Assembly: GCA_039028615.1 (NCBI GenBank)
Contig: JBCCHT010000058.1
Coordinates: 10,268-74,267 of the forward strand
DNA from: Myxococcota bacterium
GTDB lineage: Bacteria > Myxococcota_A > Polyangia > Nannocystales > Nannocystaceae
DNA: 64,000 bases
Direction: 5' to 3'
Part shown: one piece after another, positions 20,194-30,665 of the stretch
Layout of the letters: each line of letters starts with the position of its first letter
Numbering within the stretch: position 1 is the stretch's first letter
Program-made: the position numbers and the translations under genes
Notes under the pieces: model-generated
The model's database searches: none
The model's input: only the letters and a program-made list of their open reading frames with translations
Told to the model about the DNA's origin: nothing

Positions 20194-21201
20194 ATGGCGC
20201 GCGAAGTCACCCTTGTCGATGCCGGGATCGGAAACCTCGCCAGCGTTGAGCGCGCCCTGATTCAGGTCGGGGCGGGTGTGCGCGTGACGAGCGATCCCGA
20301 CAAGGTCGCCACCTCTCGAATGGTGGTATTTCCTGGCCAAAGCGCTTTTGGCCCCGTTTCTCAGGCCATCGTGGATGGCGCAATGGGCGCGGCTCTGAAG
20401 ATGGTCATCGAGCGGGGCGACCCGTTCCTGGGCATCTGCATGGGCATGCAGCTGCTGTTCGATGGCAGCGACGAAAACGGCGGTCAGGAGGGCCTGCGGG
20501 TGCTTCCAGGGCGTTGTCGCCGGTTCCCGAGCAATCGCGAGGAGAAGGCGGAGCCCGGTGCGACCCACGTCGACCCGTCGCCAGCCAGCGCGACCGGCGA
20601 TGACGTGGCTCCGCCGCAGTCGGTGGCCCAAAGCCCCGCGCAGACGGCCAGCCCCGCGCAGCAGGCCCCGAGCCCCGCTCCCGTGACCCAGGCGCCGAGT
20701 TCGGCTCCGATGGCGCAAGCGACCCCGAGCCAGAGCGCGCCTTCGCCCGCCACCCAGGCCCCCGCGGGCACCGTGTCGGCCGAGCAAAACGGGGGCATCC
20801 CCGCGCCTCCGCCGTGGGGCGCGTCGCAGTCGCCCGAGGGCACCACGTCGGCCGATGCCGTGCAGCAGACGGCCGCACCCGAGCCCGCCGCGCCCGAGCC
20901 CGCCGTGCAGCAAGCACCCGAGCCCGAGCCGGCTCCCGCTCCGCTCATGCGCCGGATCAAGGTCCCGCACATGGGGTGGAACGAGGTCGAGCCGACCGGC
21001 GATCACTACTACTTCGTGCACAGCTTCTACGTGGAGCCAGGGCGCTCCGAGGACGTGATGTGGATGTCTCGCTACGGCGGCATTCGCTTCCCGGCCGCCG
21101 TTCGAAGAGGCAACGTGCTCGGCTGCCAATTCCATCCCGAAAAGAGCCAGAGGGCAGGCCTTCGGTTCTTGAGAGCGTTCTTGCTCGGGGGCTGGGGATG
21201 A
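20194..21201 (+). CDS. hisH: Imidazole glycerol phosphate synthase glutaminase subunit, with a long internal insertion
   Basis: [39 protein letters not shown]; coupled to hisA by ATGA overlap. Confidence 0.93.
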   Translation: MAREVTLVDAGIGNLASVERALIQVGAGVRVTSDPDKVATSRMVVFPGQSAFGPVSQAIVDGAMGAALKMVIERGDPFLGICMGMQLLFDGSDENGGQEGLRVLPGRCRRFPSNREEKAEPGATHVDPSPASATGDDVAPPQSVAQSPAQTASPAQQAPSPAPVTQAPSSAPMAQATPSQSAPSPATQAPAGTVSAEQNGGIPAPPPWGASQSPEGTTSADAVQQTAAPEPAAPEPAVQQAPEPEPAPAPLMRRIKVPHMGWNEVEPTGDHYYFVHSFYVEPGRSEDVMWMSRYGGIRFPAAVRRGNVLGCQFHPEKSQRAGLRFLRAFLLGGWG

Positions 21202-21917
21202 TCATCATTCCCGCCATCGATCTGATGGGCGGCAAGGTGGTCCGACTGGAGCAAGGCGAAGCCAGCCGCGCGACGGAGTACAGCGACCGGCCAGTTCGGA
21301 TGGTGACCGACTTCGCCCGCAAGGGTGCGAAGCGCATCCACGTGGTCGATCTCGACGGCGCCTTCGGGGGCAAGCCCGCCCAGCTCAAGCTCATCTCCGA
21401 GCTGTCCGACGCAGCCCAGGCCCATGGCGCCGTGGTGCAGACGGGCGGAGGCATCCGCGACCCGCAGGCGGTGGAGACCTTGCTCGAGGCCGGCACCGGT
21501 GCGGTGGTGGTCGGCACGCTCGCGGTGCGGCATCCCGACATCGTCGAGCAGCTGTGCCACGCCCATCCCGATCGGATCATTGTGGCCGCGGACTCGCGCG
21601 ACGGCAAAGTCGCGGTCGAAGGCTGGACGGAAGCCTCGAATCAATCTGCTCGAGCGCTGACCGAGGCGGCCCAGAAATGGGGCGCGGGCGGGGTGCTCTT
21701 CACCGACGTTTCGCGGGACGGCATGCAGGGGGGGCCGGCCGTGGAAGCGACCGCCGAGCTGCAGCGGGGGCTGAACATCCCCGTCTATGCCAGCGGCGGC
21801 GTCGGTCGTCTCGAAGATCTCGACGCCTGCGCCGCTGCGGGGATCCGCGGCGTGATCGTAGGTCGTGCGCTCTACGAAGGAGCGTTCACTCTGGAGGAGG
21901 CCTTGGCCCGATGTTGA
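21198..21917 (+). CDS. hisA: ProFAR isomerase
   Basis: [45 protein letters not shown]. Confidence 0.95.
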   Translation: MIIIPAIDLMGGKVVRLEQGEASRATEYSDRPVRMVTDFARKGAKRIHVVDLDGAFGGKPAQLKLISELSDAAQAHGAVVQTGGGIRDPQAVETLLEAGTGAVVVGTLAVRHPDIVEQLCHAHPDRIIVAADSRDGKVAVEGWTEASNQSARALTEAAQKWGAGGVLFTDVSRDGMQGGPAVEATAELQRGLNIPVYASGGVGRLEDLDACAAAGIRGVIVGRALYEGAFTLEEALARC

Positions 21918-22708
21918 AGCGACGCATCATCCCCTGCCTGGACATCAAGAACGGTCGGGTCGTCAAAGGGGTGCACTTCGGTGGCCTGCGTGACGCCGGC
22001 GACCCGGTCGAAGCTGCCCGTGCCTACGACGCCCAGGGGGCAGACGAGATCTGCCTGCTCGACATCACCGCCACCACCGAGGGGCGCGAGACCTTCGTGG
22101 AGGTCGTGCGCCGCGTGGCGCCCCAGCTGTTCGTGCCGCTCACCGTGGGCGGTGGCATCCGCCGCGCCGAGGACGTGCGACGCCTGCTCAACGCGGGCGC
22201 CGACAAGGTCGCGATCAACAGCGCGGCCGTGGCCAATCCCTTGCTCATCAAGCGGGTCTCCGAGCGCTACGGCTCGCAGGCGATCGTGGGGGCGGTCGAC
22301 GTCAAGCGCATGCCGCCACTGGCCGGCGATCGCGATCCGCTCTACGAAGTGGTCATCCACGGTGGAACCCGCTCGACCGGCCTCGACGCCATTCACTGGT
22401 GCGAGCAGCTGGCCGAGCTCGGGGTCGGCGAGATCCTGCTGACCAGCATGGATCGCGACGGCACCCGCGACGGCTACGACCTGTGGATCACCCGCGAGAT
22501 CTCGCGCCGCGTCTCGGTGCCCGTCATCGCCAGCGGTGGTGTGGGCAGCCTCGACCACATCCGCGCGGGCCTGGCCACGGGCGAAGGCTCGGCCGACGCT
22601 GCCCTGGCCGCGTCGATCTTCCACTTTGGCCTGTACACCATCGCCCAGGCCAAGCGGTTCCTGCTCGAGAGCAACATCCCGGTTCGGCCGCCCGAGACGC
22701 GGGGCTGA
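21911..22708 (+). CDS. hisF: Imidazole glycerol phosphate synthase cyclase subunit
   Basis: [44 protein letters not shown]. Confidence 0.97.
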   Translation: MLKRRIIPCLDIKNGRVVKGVHFGGLRDAGDPVEAARAYDAQGADEICLLDITATTEGRETFVEVVRRVAPQLFVPLTVGGGIRRAEDVRRLLNAGADKVAINSAAVANPLLIKRVSERYGSQAIVGAVDVKRMPPLAGDRDPLYEVVIHGGTRSTGLDAIHWCEQLAELGVGEILLTSMDRDGTRDGYDLWITREISRRVSVPVIASGGVGSLDHIRAGLATGEGSADAALAASIFHFGLYTIAQAKRFLLESNIPVRPPETRG

Positions 22709-22770
22709 GTCGCGCACGGTGACATTGGGCCCGCCCGGAATTCGTTCCGGGCGGAGCGTCGGAGGATGGC

Positions 22771-23289
22771 TCAGTCGCCGGAGCTGCTCGAGGAGCCGCC
22801 GCCGTCGCTGCTACTGCTGCTCTCGCCGCCGCCGGGCCCGGAGCTGCTGCTGCCCGCCATGCCGGTGGTGGGGTCGGGCTCGGTCGTGTTCGAGGGGCCG
22901 TCGTCACTCGTGCTGTCCGCTGCCGTCGTGCCCGCCGTGTCGGAGCCGCTGCCCGCGGTGCCGCTGCTGCTGCCCGAAGCACCGCCCGTGGCCGGAGGCC
23001 CCTGGGACACCGCGGCGGGCGAGCAGTCGCACTCGCCGAAGCCCGAGCCGTCGGCGCTGCACGTCCGCACGCCATCGAGCTCGTCCGGGCAATCGCAGGG
23101 CTGCGTCTCACCCGGTACGCACGCCCACGGCGGCACGTCGATCGGCCCGTCCGCGGTCGTACTATTCATCGGCTCGCCCGAAGAGCCCGAGCACGACGAC
23201 ACCAGCGCCAGCATCCCGAAGCACGCCGCCGCCCCGAAGGGAAGGGTCCGCGCGCGGGTCGATGGGCTCGGCTGTCCTGCTCGCATCAT
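22771..23289 (-). CDS. Small lipoprotein with Cys module and S/G/T-rich tail
   Basis: Signal ending LVSSC; CVPGETQPCDC...GVRTC...FGECDC module typical of myxobacteria. Confidence 0.7.
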   Translation of the reverse strand: MMRAGQPSPSTRARTLPFGAAACFGMLALVSSCSGSSGEPMNSTTADGPIDVPPWACVPGETQPCDCPDELDGVRTCSADGSGFGECDCSPAAVSQGPPATGGASGSSSGTAGSGSDTAGTTAADSTSDDGPSNTTEPDPTTGMAGSSSSGPGGGESSSSSDGGGSSSSSGD

Positions 23290-23425
23290 CGGCCCCGAAT
23301 CCTAGCAGGCCCCCGCCGCCCGCGTGCTCCGGGGCTGAGATCGAGCGCACACGACCTGGTGAAACCTCCCGGTCATGCAGAGGCGGGCTACGGGAACTTC
23401 GGGGGGCTGGTAGGCTCCGGCCGGT

Positions 23426-24118
23426 ATGAGCCTCGATGCCCAAGCCCTGTGGGCGCGGCTGAAGCCCGATGCGAGCGGGCTGGTGACCGCGGTGGTCCAA
23501 CACGATCAGACGGGACAGGTCCTGATGGTCGGCTACATGAACGCCGAGGCGCTGCATGCCACGCTCGAACATCGACGGGTGACGTTTTGGAGCCGCAGTC
23601 GCAACGAGCTGTGGGAGAAGGGAATGACCAGCGGCAACACGTTGAACCTCGCGGATGTGCGGGTCGACTGTGACGCGGACGCGATCCTGGTGCGTGCCCG
23701 CCCGGTGGGGCCGACGTGCCACACGGGAGCGACGAGCTGCTTCTTTCGTCGCGTCGAGGGGCAGGACGCAAACGCGCTGCCCGAAGACGACGGGCCCTCG
23801 CCCGGAGCGACGCCGACCTTCGAGCGCGTGTTCCAGGTGATCCTCGATCGGCAGGCGGGTCGCGGCATGACCAACGCGGACGGCAAGAGCTACGTCCGCC
23901 GCCTGCTCGACCGCGGCGCCCCCAAGATCAACTCGAAGATCAGCGAAGAGGCGGGCGAGCTGTGCGAGGCCATCGAAAACGAGAGCGACGAGCGAGTCGC
24001 ATCGGAGACGGCGGATCTGCTGTTTCACGCGATGGTCGGGCTGGCGCACCGTGGCCTGTCGATCGACGACGTGGCGCGGGTGCTGGCGGGGCGCTTTGGC
24101 ACCAGCGGCGTCGACTAA
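23426..24118 (+). CDS. hisIE: Bifunctional phosphoribosyl-AMP cyclohydrolase / phosphoribosyl-ATP pyrophosphatase
   Basis: WSRSRNELWEKGMTSGN, DCDAD, CHTGATSCF, KISEEAGE, ETADLLFH. Confidence 0.95.
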   Translation: MSLDAQALWARLKPDASGLVTAVVQHDQTGQVLMVGYMNAEALHATLEHRRVTFWSRSRNELWEKGMTSGNTLNLADVRVDCDADAILVRARPVGPTCHTGATSCFFRRVEGQDANALPEDDGPSPGATPTFERVFQVILDRQAGRGMTNADGKSYVRRLLDRGAPKINSKISEEAGELCEAIENESDERVASETADLLFHAMVGLAHRGLSIDDVARVLAGRFGTSGVD

Positions 24119-24289
24119 AAAGCGAGTCGCTCGTCCACGCCCGCGTCCGACGCGTGAACCCGCGGCGCGGCCAAATGGCGCCTGCGGCCCGCTACGCGGG
24201 GTCGTGAGGGCGATGGCGCCGGGTTCCACGCCCACGCGCCTCGCCCCCGCTTCTCTGTTCGCGAACAGATCGCTATCCTCGGCGCCGCA

Positions 24290-24922
24290 GTGGAGGCCCT
24301 CGTCCACCACGTCGCCGTCTGGGTCGTCGCGGCGTACGCCTTCGCAGCGATCCCCGTCGGGTTGGTGGTGGGGAAGCTCCGCGGCATCGACATTCGCTCG
24401 ATCGGTTCGGGCAACATCGGGGCGACCAATGCCACGCGCGCTCTCGGGCCGCGGCTGGGCATGCTGGTGCTCGCGCTCGATGTGGCGAAGGCCGCTATGC
24501 CCGTCGTGGTGGCGCGCCAGAGCTTTGCGCTGGGGGCCAGCGATCCGTGGCCGATCGCGGCGGTGGGCCTGGCCGCGGTGCTGGGACACATCTTCCCGAT
24601 CTATCTCGGCTTCCGGGGCGGCAAGGGGGTCGCGTGCGCGCTCGGGGTGTTCCTCGCCGTGGACCCGCCGGTCGCGCTCGGCGCGCTAATCATGTACGTG
24701 CACGGGCTGGTGCTGACCCGGACGTCGGCCATTGGGTCGCTCACGGCGGTGACCTCGATGAGCGTGGCGGTGGTCTTGGCGGACAAACCGCTCGCCTACC
24801 AGGCGCTGACGCTCGCGATTGCCGCGGTCATCTGGATCCGCCACACGAGCAACGTTCGCGGTCTGGTCGCCGAGGCGAAAGCACGAAAACGCGCCGCTGC
24901 GAACACGCCGCCGTCGGGTTAA
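24290..24922 (+). CDS. plsY: Glycerol-3-phosphate acyltransferase
   Basis: GSGNIGATN, DVAK, GHIFP, FRGGKGVA, RHTSN. Confidence 0.95.
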   Translation: MEALVHHVAVWVVAAYAFAAIPVGLVVGKLRGIDIRSIGSGNIGATNATRALGPRLGMLVLALDVAKAAMPVVVARQSFALGASDPWPIAAVGLAAVLGHIFPIYLGFRGGKGVACALGVFLAVDPPVALGALIMYVHGLVLTRTSAIGSLTAVTSMSVAVVLADKPLAYQALTLAIAAVIWIRHTSNVRGLVAEAKARKRAAANTPPSG

Positions 24923-25067
24923 ACCGGGTCGATCCGATCCGCTGACATTGTCCTGACGGGGTTCTCAGACCCCGAAGAACGTTGATCTACGGCGAATGTT
25001 CGGGCGACGAACCGCTGGCCAAATTGCCGTGAGGTCGCTAACCTGCGGGTAGGAGGTCCGAGTACCA

Positions 25068-25301
25068 GTGCATACCCTCTACATCGGCGGCCTACCCAGC
25101 GACGCGAGCGACCAAACTCTCCAGAGCTTGTTCGGAGAGATTTCGGGTCTCACTTCGGTCCGGGTGGTCACCAGTGACGCGGGAGATTGCCGTGGTTTTG
25201 GGTACGTGACCTTCAACAGCCGCAACGCGGTGCACGAGGCTCGTCGCCTCGACGGAACCCCCATCGGCGAGCACACCCTTCGCGTCGCCGTGGCCCGTTG
25301 A
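25068..25301 (+). CDS. RRM RNA-binding protein
   Basis: LYIGGL (RNP2), RGFGYVTF (RNP1); AGGAGG RBS. Confidence 0.9.
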   Translation: MHTLYIGGLPSDASDQTLQSLFGEISGLTSVRVVTSDAGDCRGFGYVTFNSRNAVHEARRLDGTPIGEHTLRVAVAR

Positions 25302-25511
25302 GAGCCGGCCCGCAGGCAGGTCGGCCCGTTTGATCGAGCGCGTGTTCGATCGGCGGGCTTCGCCAATTCGTGCGGGTAGGCGCTGACCCGCCGGCCAGTC
25401 AGCAGCTCGCTTCAGCGCGCGGCCAGGGGCGAATCTCGACGTCTTCGGCGTCTTGTCGCGGGGCCGATCGGCATCGATGCCGGGTGACCGCGGCGGGCCA
25501 ACGCAACGACT

Positions 25512-25814
25512 TTGCGTGGCGGTCGACTACGGTGCGTGCTCACCCTCTCGGCCATCGTGTTCCTGCGCTTCGCCGCGCCGAGCATGCCGTGCGTCGCCGA
25601 CTGCGATCGTCACTGCGAGGACTGCGAGATCGAGTGCTTCGAGGCCTGCGAGGAGCACTGCGACGGGCCCGACTGCGTGGCCGCATGCGTCCCCCGGTGT
25701 CGTCGGTCGTGTCGAAGCTGCGACCGCTTCTGCCGTCGCCACTTGGCGTGCCCGTCGGGTCCGTGCCGCTCTCGATCACGCCGACGCCGTCGAGCACGTA
25801 CCATGCGCCGGTGA
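25512..25814 (+). CDS. Small secreted Cys-rich peptide
   Basis: Signal-like N-terminus, 16 Cys in 100 aa, GTGA overlap with the next gene. Confidence 0.65.
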   Translation: MRGGRLRCVLTLSAIVFLRFAAPSMPCVADCDRHCEDCEIECFEACEEHCDGPDCVAACVPRCRRSCRSCDRFCRRHLACPSGPCRSRSRRRRRARTMRR

Positions 25815-26203
25815 CTCCCCTTCGCGTCGCCGGGTTGCTCGTCGTGCTGGCCACGACCGGCTGCCTCGAGAACCTCAACCAGCAAAAGTACTTCGAGAAG
25901 CTCGAGGCCGCCGATCCCTCGCTCGCGCAGCGCGTGCGGACCCATCGGGAGTCGATTGAGCGTCGGCTGGGCGAGGCACTCGCGGCGGAGTCTCCCGATC
26001 CCATCGTGCACGTGGGGTACTGGGGCGAGACCTGGGACCTCGTGCGGCGGGTGACCGACGGCGAGCGCTTGTTCATGCGCGGGCGCCTGTTTCACGAAGG
26101 CGTGCCCGCCAGCACCTACTACCTGTCCTTCACCGTGGCCGACGACGGCACGGTCGGGGACTTGGACGCACGCGTGTACTCGATGCGGGGGCTGGGCCAA
26201 TGA
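25811..26203 (+). CDS. Hypothetical lipoprotein
   Basis: Signal LLVVLATTGC; ATGA overlap with the next gene. Confidence 0.75.
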   Translation: MTPLRVAGLLVVLATTGCLENLNQQKYFEKLEAADPSLAQRVRTHRESIERRLGEALAAESPDPIVHVGYWGETWDLVRRVTDGERLFMRGRLFHEGVPASTYYLSFTVADDGTVGDLDARVYSMRGLGQ

Positions 26204-26808
26204 TCCGCGTACTCGTGGCCATCGTGGGGCTGACGGCCTGGCTCACCACCGCGCTGGGCCTGCGGGCGTGGTTCGGCGGCAAGGCCTATCTCGCGGCGTG
26301 GTTCGGCTCGGAGGCGCGGGCCGACCTGCTCTTCGAACGCGCCCTCGAGTACCCCACCGCAGACCTGCTCGGCCTCGATCCTCTGCCCTTGCTGGCGGTG
26401 ACCGCATTTTCCGTCTCGGCGGTGTTGGTGATCGTCTTGTTGTTGCCCATCGATCTGCTGCTGCGACGGCTGAAGGTCGGCGTACCCGTGCGCATGATCG
26501 TGGGTGCATTGATCGGCGTCGGGGCGGCGGGGGCCGTGCTGCTGTCCATCCATCCGTTGCTGTCGATGCCCGAGGTGCCCGAGGGTCCGCGGACGCTGCT
26601 CAACTATGCCTGCGAAGGGGCGGGCTACGGGTGGGTCAATGCCATTGCGCATGGCGGCGCCATCCTGACGGGACTCGGCTTTGCGTTTGCGGGTCGAACG
26701 CCCGACGCGTCCGCGGATGCGCCATCGCCCTCGACCGACGACGACGCGGAAGCGGCCGCTGAAGCACCGTCCGAGTCGCCCGACGCGGCCGAACAATCAC
26801 CCGCGTAG
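26200..26808 (+). CDS. Hypothetical 4-TM membrane protein
   Basis: Four hydrophobic segments and an acidic tail. Confidence 0.75.
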   Translation: MIRVLVAIVGLTAWLTTALGLRAWFGGKAYLAAWFGSEARADLLFERALEYPTADLLGLDPLPLLAVTAFSVSAVLVIVLLLPIDLLLRRLKVGVPVRMIVGALIGVGAAGAVLLSIHPLLSMPEVPEGPRTLLNYACEGAGYGWVNAIAHGGAILTGLGFAFAGRTPDASADAPSPSTDDDAEAAAEAPSESPDAAEQSPA

Positions 26809-27065
26809 CGCCGAGCAACGCACTGTCGTGCGTGCTCGGCTTCGACCACGGCATCGCGCGACGAACCGAATTGTCGAGCACGCCGCACTTCAGGTGCCGC
26901 GCGTCACCAGGGCGACGTCCACCGAACGTCTCTACGTCGCCATCCGCGGCCTTTTGTTACGGGCCCCGCCACCGACGGGGTGGTAGACCTACTGCAGCCG
27001 CGGCGCGCACGGGCGGTCCCTTCTTTGCCCGCGCGACGCGAACGCAATTCCCGGGGGGGAACAGC

Positions 27066-28448
27066 ATGCAGCGAACCATCATGTCCGTGGGTCCACGAAC
27101 GACGTCCGCGCGCCCCGTACGAATCGGCCTTCCGCCGCTCACGCTCGTGGGCGCCCTGCTCATCGCGTGTGGCGGGGGCACCGCGAGCGACGGTGACACC
27201 TCGGGGGGCGGCATCGCCAGCCTCAGCGACACGGGGATGACCACCGCGATGGAGAGCGAAGGGGCCGACGAGTCCCAAGGCTCGGCCAAGCTCGACGCCG
27301 CGGGAGGCAGCGCCACGGCGGGCGGCGGTGATTGCCCAGGCAGCGGCGGAGGCATGCCCGGCGATCTCGAGTTCAGCAACATCTGGATCGCGAACACCCC
27401 CGACGGCACCGTCTCCAAGATCGACACGATGAGCGGCGTGGAGATCGGGCGCTATGCGACGGGCGCAGACTCCAGCTCCGATCCCTCGCGAACCTCGGTG
27501 AACCTGCTCGGCGACGTGGCGGTGGTCAATCGTGCGGGCGGCTCGGTGATCAAGATCGCGGCCGTCGAGGACCGCTGCGTCGATGCCAACGGCGACGGCG
27601 TCATCCAGACGTCGACCGGGCCCCAAGACGTGCTGCCCTGGGGGCAGGACGAGTGCGTGCTGTGGGAGACCCCGCTGTTTACCGGAGCACGGGCCGCGGC
27701 GTGGGACTCGGGCAACGATCCAGAAAATGTCGACGACATGGGATGCATCGTGGTCGATCCGTTGTTGTGGGTCAGTGCGATGGACGAGAGCAACACGGTG
27801 CACGTGTGGCGCCTCGACGGCGAGACGGGCGAGATGCTCGACGAGGTCACCTCGCCCGGCTGGACCGGGGGCTGGGGGGGCGTCTACGGGGGCGCCACCG
27901 ACCGCGATCGCGGGTTCTGGGCCGCGGGCAAGGACAACACCGTGCTCGTGCACGTCGACGCCGAGACCCTCGAACTCACCGTGCACGATGCCCCCGGCTA
28001 CGAGCGCTTCTACGGCATCGCGATGGACGCCGACGGCACGCCGTGGGTGGCCTCGGAGTACGACGATCGCCTCCTGCACTTCGATCGCGTCGCCGAGCAG
28101 TTCGTCGACCACGGGCCGACCGGGCACGACAGCCTGCGGGGGCTGGCCATCGACGGCGAGGGCAACGCCTGGATCGCCGCCAACAACCCTTGCGACCTGG
28201 TGCACTTCGATCTGGCCACGGGGGCCTACCAGAACATCGCTCTGCCCGATTGCGGCACGCCGGTCGGCGTCAGCATCGACGTGGAGGGCTTCATCTGGGT
28301 CGTCGATCAGGGCTCCGACCGGGCCTACAAAGTTGATCCCAACACCACGGCGGTGATCAGCACCGTCACCGGGCTGTCCGGGCCCTATACTTACTCGGAC
28401 ATGACGGGGGCGGGTCTGAGTCTCGTCACCAATCCACCACCGGGGTGA
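27066..28448 (+). CDS. Vgb-like beta-propeller lipoprotein
   Basis: Lipobox LIAC; IWIANT...VSKID, PSRTSV, repeated GxAxDxxGxxW, PYTYSDMTG. Confidence 0.85.
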   Translation: MQRTIMSVGPRTTSARPVRIGLPPLTLVGALLIACGGGTASDGDTSGGGIASLSDTGMTTAMESEGADESQGSAKLDAAGGSATAGGGDCPGSGGGMPGDLEFSNIWIANTPDGTVSKIDTMSGVEIGRYATGADSSSDPSRTSVNLLGDVAVVNRAGGSVIKIAAVEDRCVDANGDGVIQTSTGPQDVLPWGQDECVLWETPLFTGARAAAWDSGNDPENVDDMGCIVVDPLLWVSAMDESNTVHVWRLDGETGEMLDEVTSPGWTGGWGGVYGGATDRDRGFWAAGKDNTVLVHVDAETLELTVHDAPGYERFYGIAMDADGTPWVASEYDDRLLHFDRVAEQFVDHGPTGHDSLRGLAIDGEGNAWIAANNPCDLVHFDLATGAYQNIALPDCGTPVGVSIDVEGFIWVVDQGSDRAYKVDPNTTAVISTVTGLSGPYTYSDMTGAGLSLVTNPPPG

Positions 28449-28452
28449 TGAT

Positions 28453-29445
28453 TTGACGGGAAGCGGAGGCGTATCGGTTCGCGCGGGTCCTTCGGCCCGC
28501 CCCTCGGGGCGTCGGCAGGCGCAACGGCAAGCGCAGCGGCGGGCGCTTCGACGCAGCAGCCGCGACAAAGGCGAGACCGAGGCGCGCCACATCGACGCCG
28601 CGTTGGTGTGCAGCCAGTGCGGGCAGCTGGGGTGGCCGCAGCCGAGTCAGTCCACGCCGCATCGCCACGAGGCCACCGCCTCGCGCGACGGGATGCCGCC
28701 GTGCAGCCACTGTGGCGACGACGGGTGGATCGACCTCGGCCATCCCTCCACCGCGCTGGCCCTTCGCATGAGCGAAGACCAGCACGCCCAGAAGATCGTC
28801 AGCCTACCCAAGCGCATGTTCGGCTACGGCCTGTTCGGCGCCGCGATGGGCTGGTTTCTCGGGCTCATGGTCAGCGGCGGGATCTGGGCCACCCTGGGCA
28901 TCACCCTGCTGACGGGCGTCATCGGGTCGCTCATGGTGCTGCATCAGCATCGTGCGTCTCATGCCCCCGAGCCCTCCGTCTTACCCGCTCGCTGGGCCAT
29001 GGCCCTGCCGCCTGCCCCCGGGAAACACCGCGAGGTCCGGGGTCCGGCCACGACCACCGCCGATGCCCTGCGGGCGCCGCTGTCCGGGCGGCGGTGTGTC
29101 GCGTGGGAAGTCGGGGTGCGTCCCGACACCGAGTCCGACGGACCCGATGCGAGCTGGTGGCTGCTCGAGCAGAAGCTCCTCCCGATCACCGTCGGCGACG
29201 AAGCGCTCGAGCCGGCACAGACCCACCTTCGGGTGCCGCGCGTGCACTACGGCTCGCTGGCCACGGCCGAGCTCGACGAAGCGGCGCGCTTGTTCCTGCG
29301 CCAGCGGGGCATCGGGGGCAGCGAGGTCGCCACGGTCGAGCTTTACGAGACCATCATCGAAGCCGAAGACCCGGTCCGGGTGCAGATCGGTCCGCATCGC
29401 AAGTGCCTCGAACCAGCGCAGGCGCTGGTACGGTCCGAGGCATGA
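28453..29445 (+). CDS. Zn-ribbon plus 2-TM membrane protein
   Basis: CSQC and CSHC pair, two TM helices, APLSGRRCVAW motif. Confidence 0.7.
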   Translation: MTGSGGVSVRAGPSARPSGRRQAQRQAQRRALRRSSRDKGETEARHIDAALVCSQCGQLGWPQPSQSTPHRHEATASRDGMPPCSHCGDDGWIDLGHPSTALALRMSEDQHAQKIVSLPKRMFGYGLFGAAMGWFLGLMVSGGIWATLGITLLTGVIGSLMVLHQHRASHAPEPSVLPARWAMALPPAPGKHREVRGPATTTADALRAPLSGRRCVAWEVGVRPDTESDGPDASWWLLEQKLLPITVGDEALEPAQTHLRVPRVHYGSLATAELDEAARLFLRQRGIGGSEVATVELYETIIEAEDPVRVQIGPHRKCLEPAQALVRSEA

Positions 29446-29798
29446 TCAAGGCCGCTCACGTCATCATCTACAGCAAGGACGCCGAGGCCGACCGGGCCTT
29501 CTTCCGCGACGTGCTGCAGTACCCCTACGCCGACGCGGGTCATGGGTGGCTGATCTTCGAGCTGCCGCCCGCGGAGGTGGCCGTGCATCCGTCCGAGACG
29601 GGCGGCAAGCACGAGCTGTACCTCGTGTGTGAGAGCGTGGAGGCATTCGCGGCCGCGATGAAGGGCAAGGGCGTGTCCTGCTCGGACATCGAGGACCAGG
29701 GCTGGGGGCGCGTGGTCTCGCTGACGCTGCCCGGTGGCGGACAGCTCGGGGTGTACGAAGCACGGCATGCCTCCCCCATCGAAGGCGTCGGCCCCTGA
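29442..29798 (+). CDS. VOC/glyoxalase family protein
   Basis: AHVIIYSKDAEADRAFFRDVL, WLIF, DQGWG...LPGGGQLGVYE. Confidence 0.9.
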   Translation: MIKAAHVIIYSKDAEADRAFFRDVLQYPYADAGHGWLIFELPPAEVAVHPSETGGKHELYLVCESVEAFAAAMKGKGVSCSDIEDQGWGRVVSLTLPGGGQLGVYEARHASPIEGVGP

Positions 29799-30037
29799 GC
29801 GAGCGGTCGCGGGCGTGGCCGCTGTGCCACTCGCCTCCGCCATGTCTCGGTGCCGTCCTCCCTGGACCGTTCTCGGAGCGCGTGCGAAGGCCCCCTCGAT
29901 GACCGGGTCGGTGATTGCCGACCGCGTGTCTTTTTCGTGGGTCAGGCTGGGGCGACTACCCGAACGGTGGGGAGGCGCTCATTTCGCCGGGATTTGTGGT
30001 GGCACGCGGGGGCGTCACGCGCGATGCTGAACCCGAC

Positions 30038-30649
30038 GTGCTCGATTCGGTCATCGGGTTTGCTTTCATCGCACTGCTAGTCGTGGTGGGGCAGCGTACG
30101 GGGTCGTTCGAGCTGGCGTTGCGCATGCTCTCGCGGATCTTCGTCAGCGGGAGGCGTCGCGACACTCCGATTGCGACCCGCGAGGGTGGGGTGGCCGACC
30201 TGCCCGACTCGCTCGCCCGGCTGGTGCGGTGCGGACGTCAGGTCGACGCCGCGGTGACCGTGCTGCGCGAGCAGTCGCCCGCCTATCACCAGTCCTTCGA
30301 GAACTCGCCGACCAGCATCCTCGACGATCGGCGGCGGCAGGCCGTTCGGCGCGACTTCGAGGATGCCGTGATCCACGTGGCGCGAGCCCTCGACGGTTGG
30401 TCTCGAGCCCATGCGGCGCTCGACGAGACGGCGCGCCTGCGGCTGCGTTCGGTCATCGCCGGGCTGCCCGCGGTCGACGGTTTGCTGCGCGACTTCCCGT
30501 GGCTGCCTCGCCAGGTGTACCAGGTGGGCCATCTGCACTTTCGTACCGACGAGCCCGAGTTCGAGCGTCGCGTGTTCGCCCTCGACCAGGCGCTGCGGGA
30601 CGTCGACGAGTCGCTGACCAGCGCCGCCGTGCCCGTGGCCTATCGCTAG
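30038..30649 (+). CDS. Hypothetical membrane-anchored helical protein
   Basis: N-terminal hydrophobic helix and typical codon usage. The start codon is an estimate. Confidence 0.6.
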   Translation: MLDSVIGFAFIALLVVVGQRTGSFELALRMLSRIFVSGRRRDTPIATREGGVADLPDSLARLVRCGRQVDAAVTVLREQSPAYHQSFENSPTSILDDRRRQAVRRDFEDAVIHVARALDGWSRAHAALDETARLRLRSVIAGLPAVDGLLRDFPWLPRQVYQVGHLHFRTDEPEFERRVFALDQALRDVDESLTSAAVPVAYR

Positions 30650-30665
30650 TCGCGTTCGGGCGCGA

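Noticed and set aside
20530..20949. Intein in hisH
   Set aside because: No C-terminal His-Asn splice motif or Hint-domain character; the insert is low-complexity.
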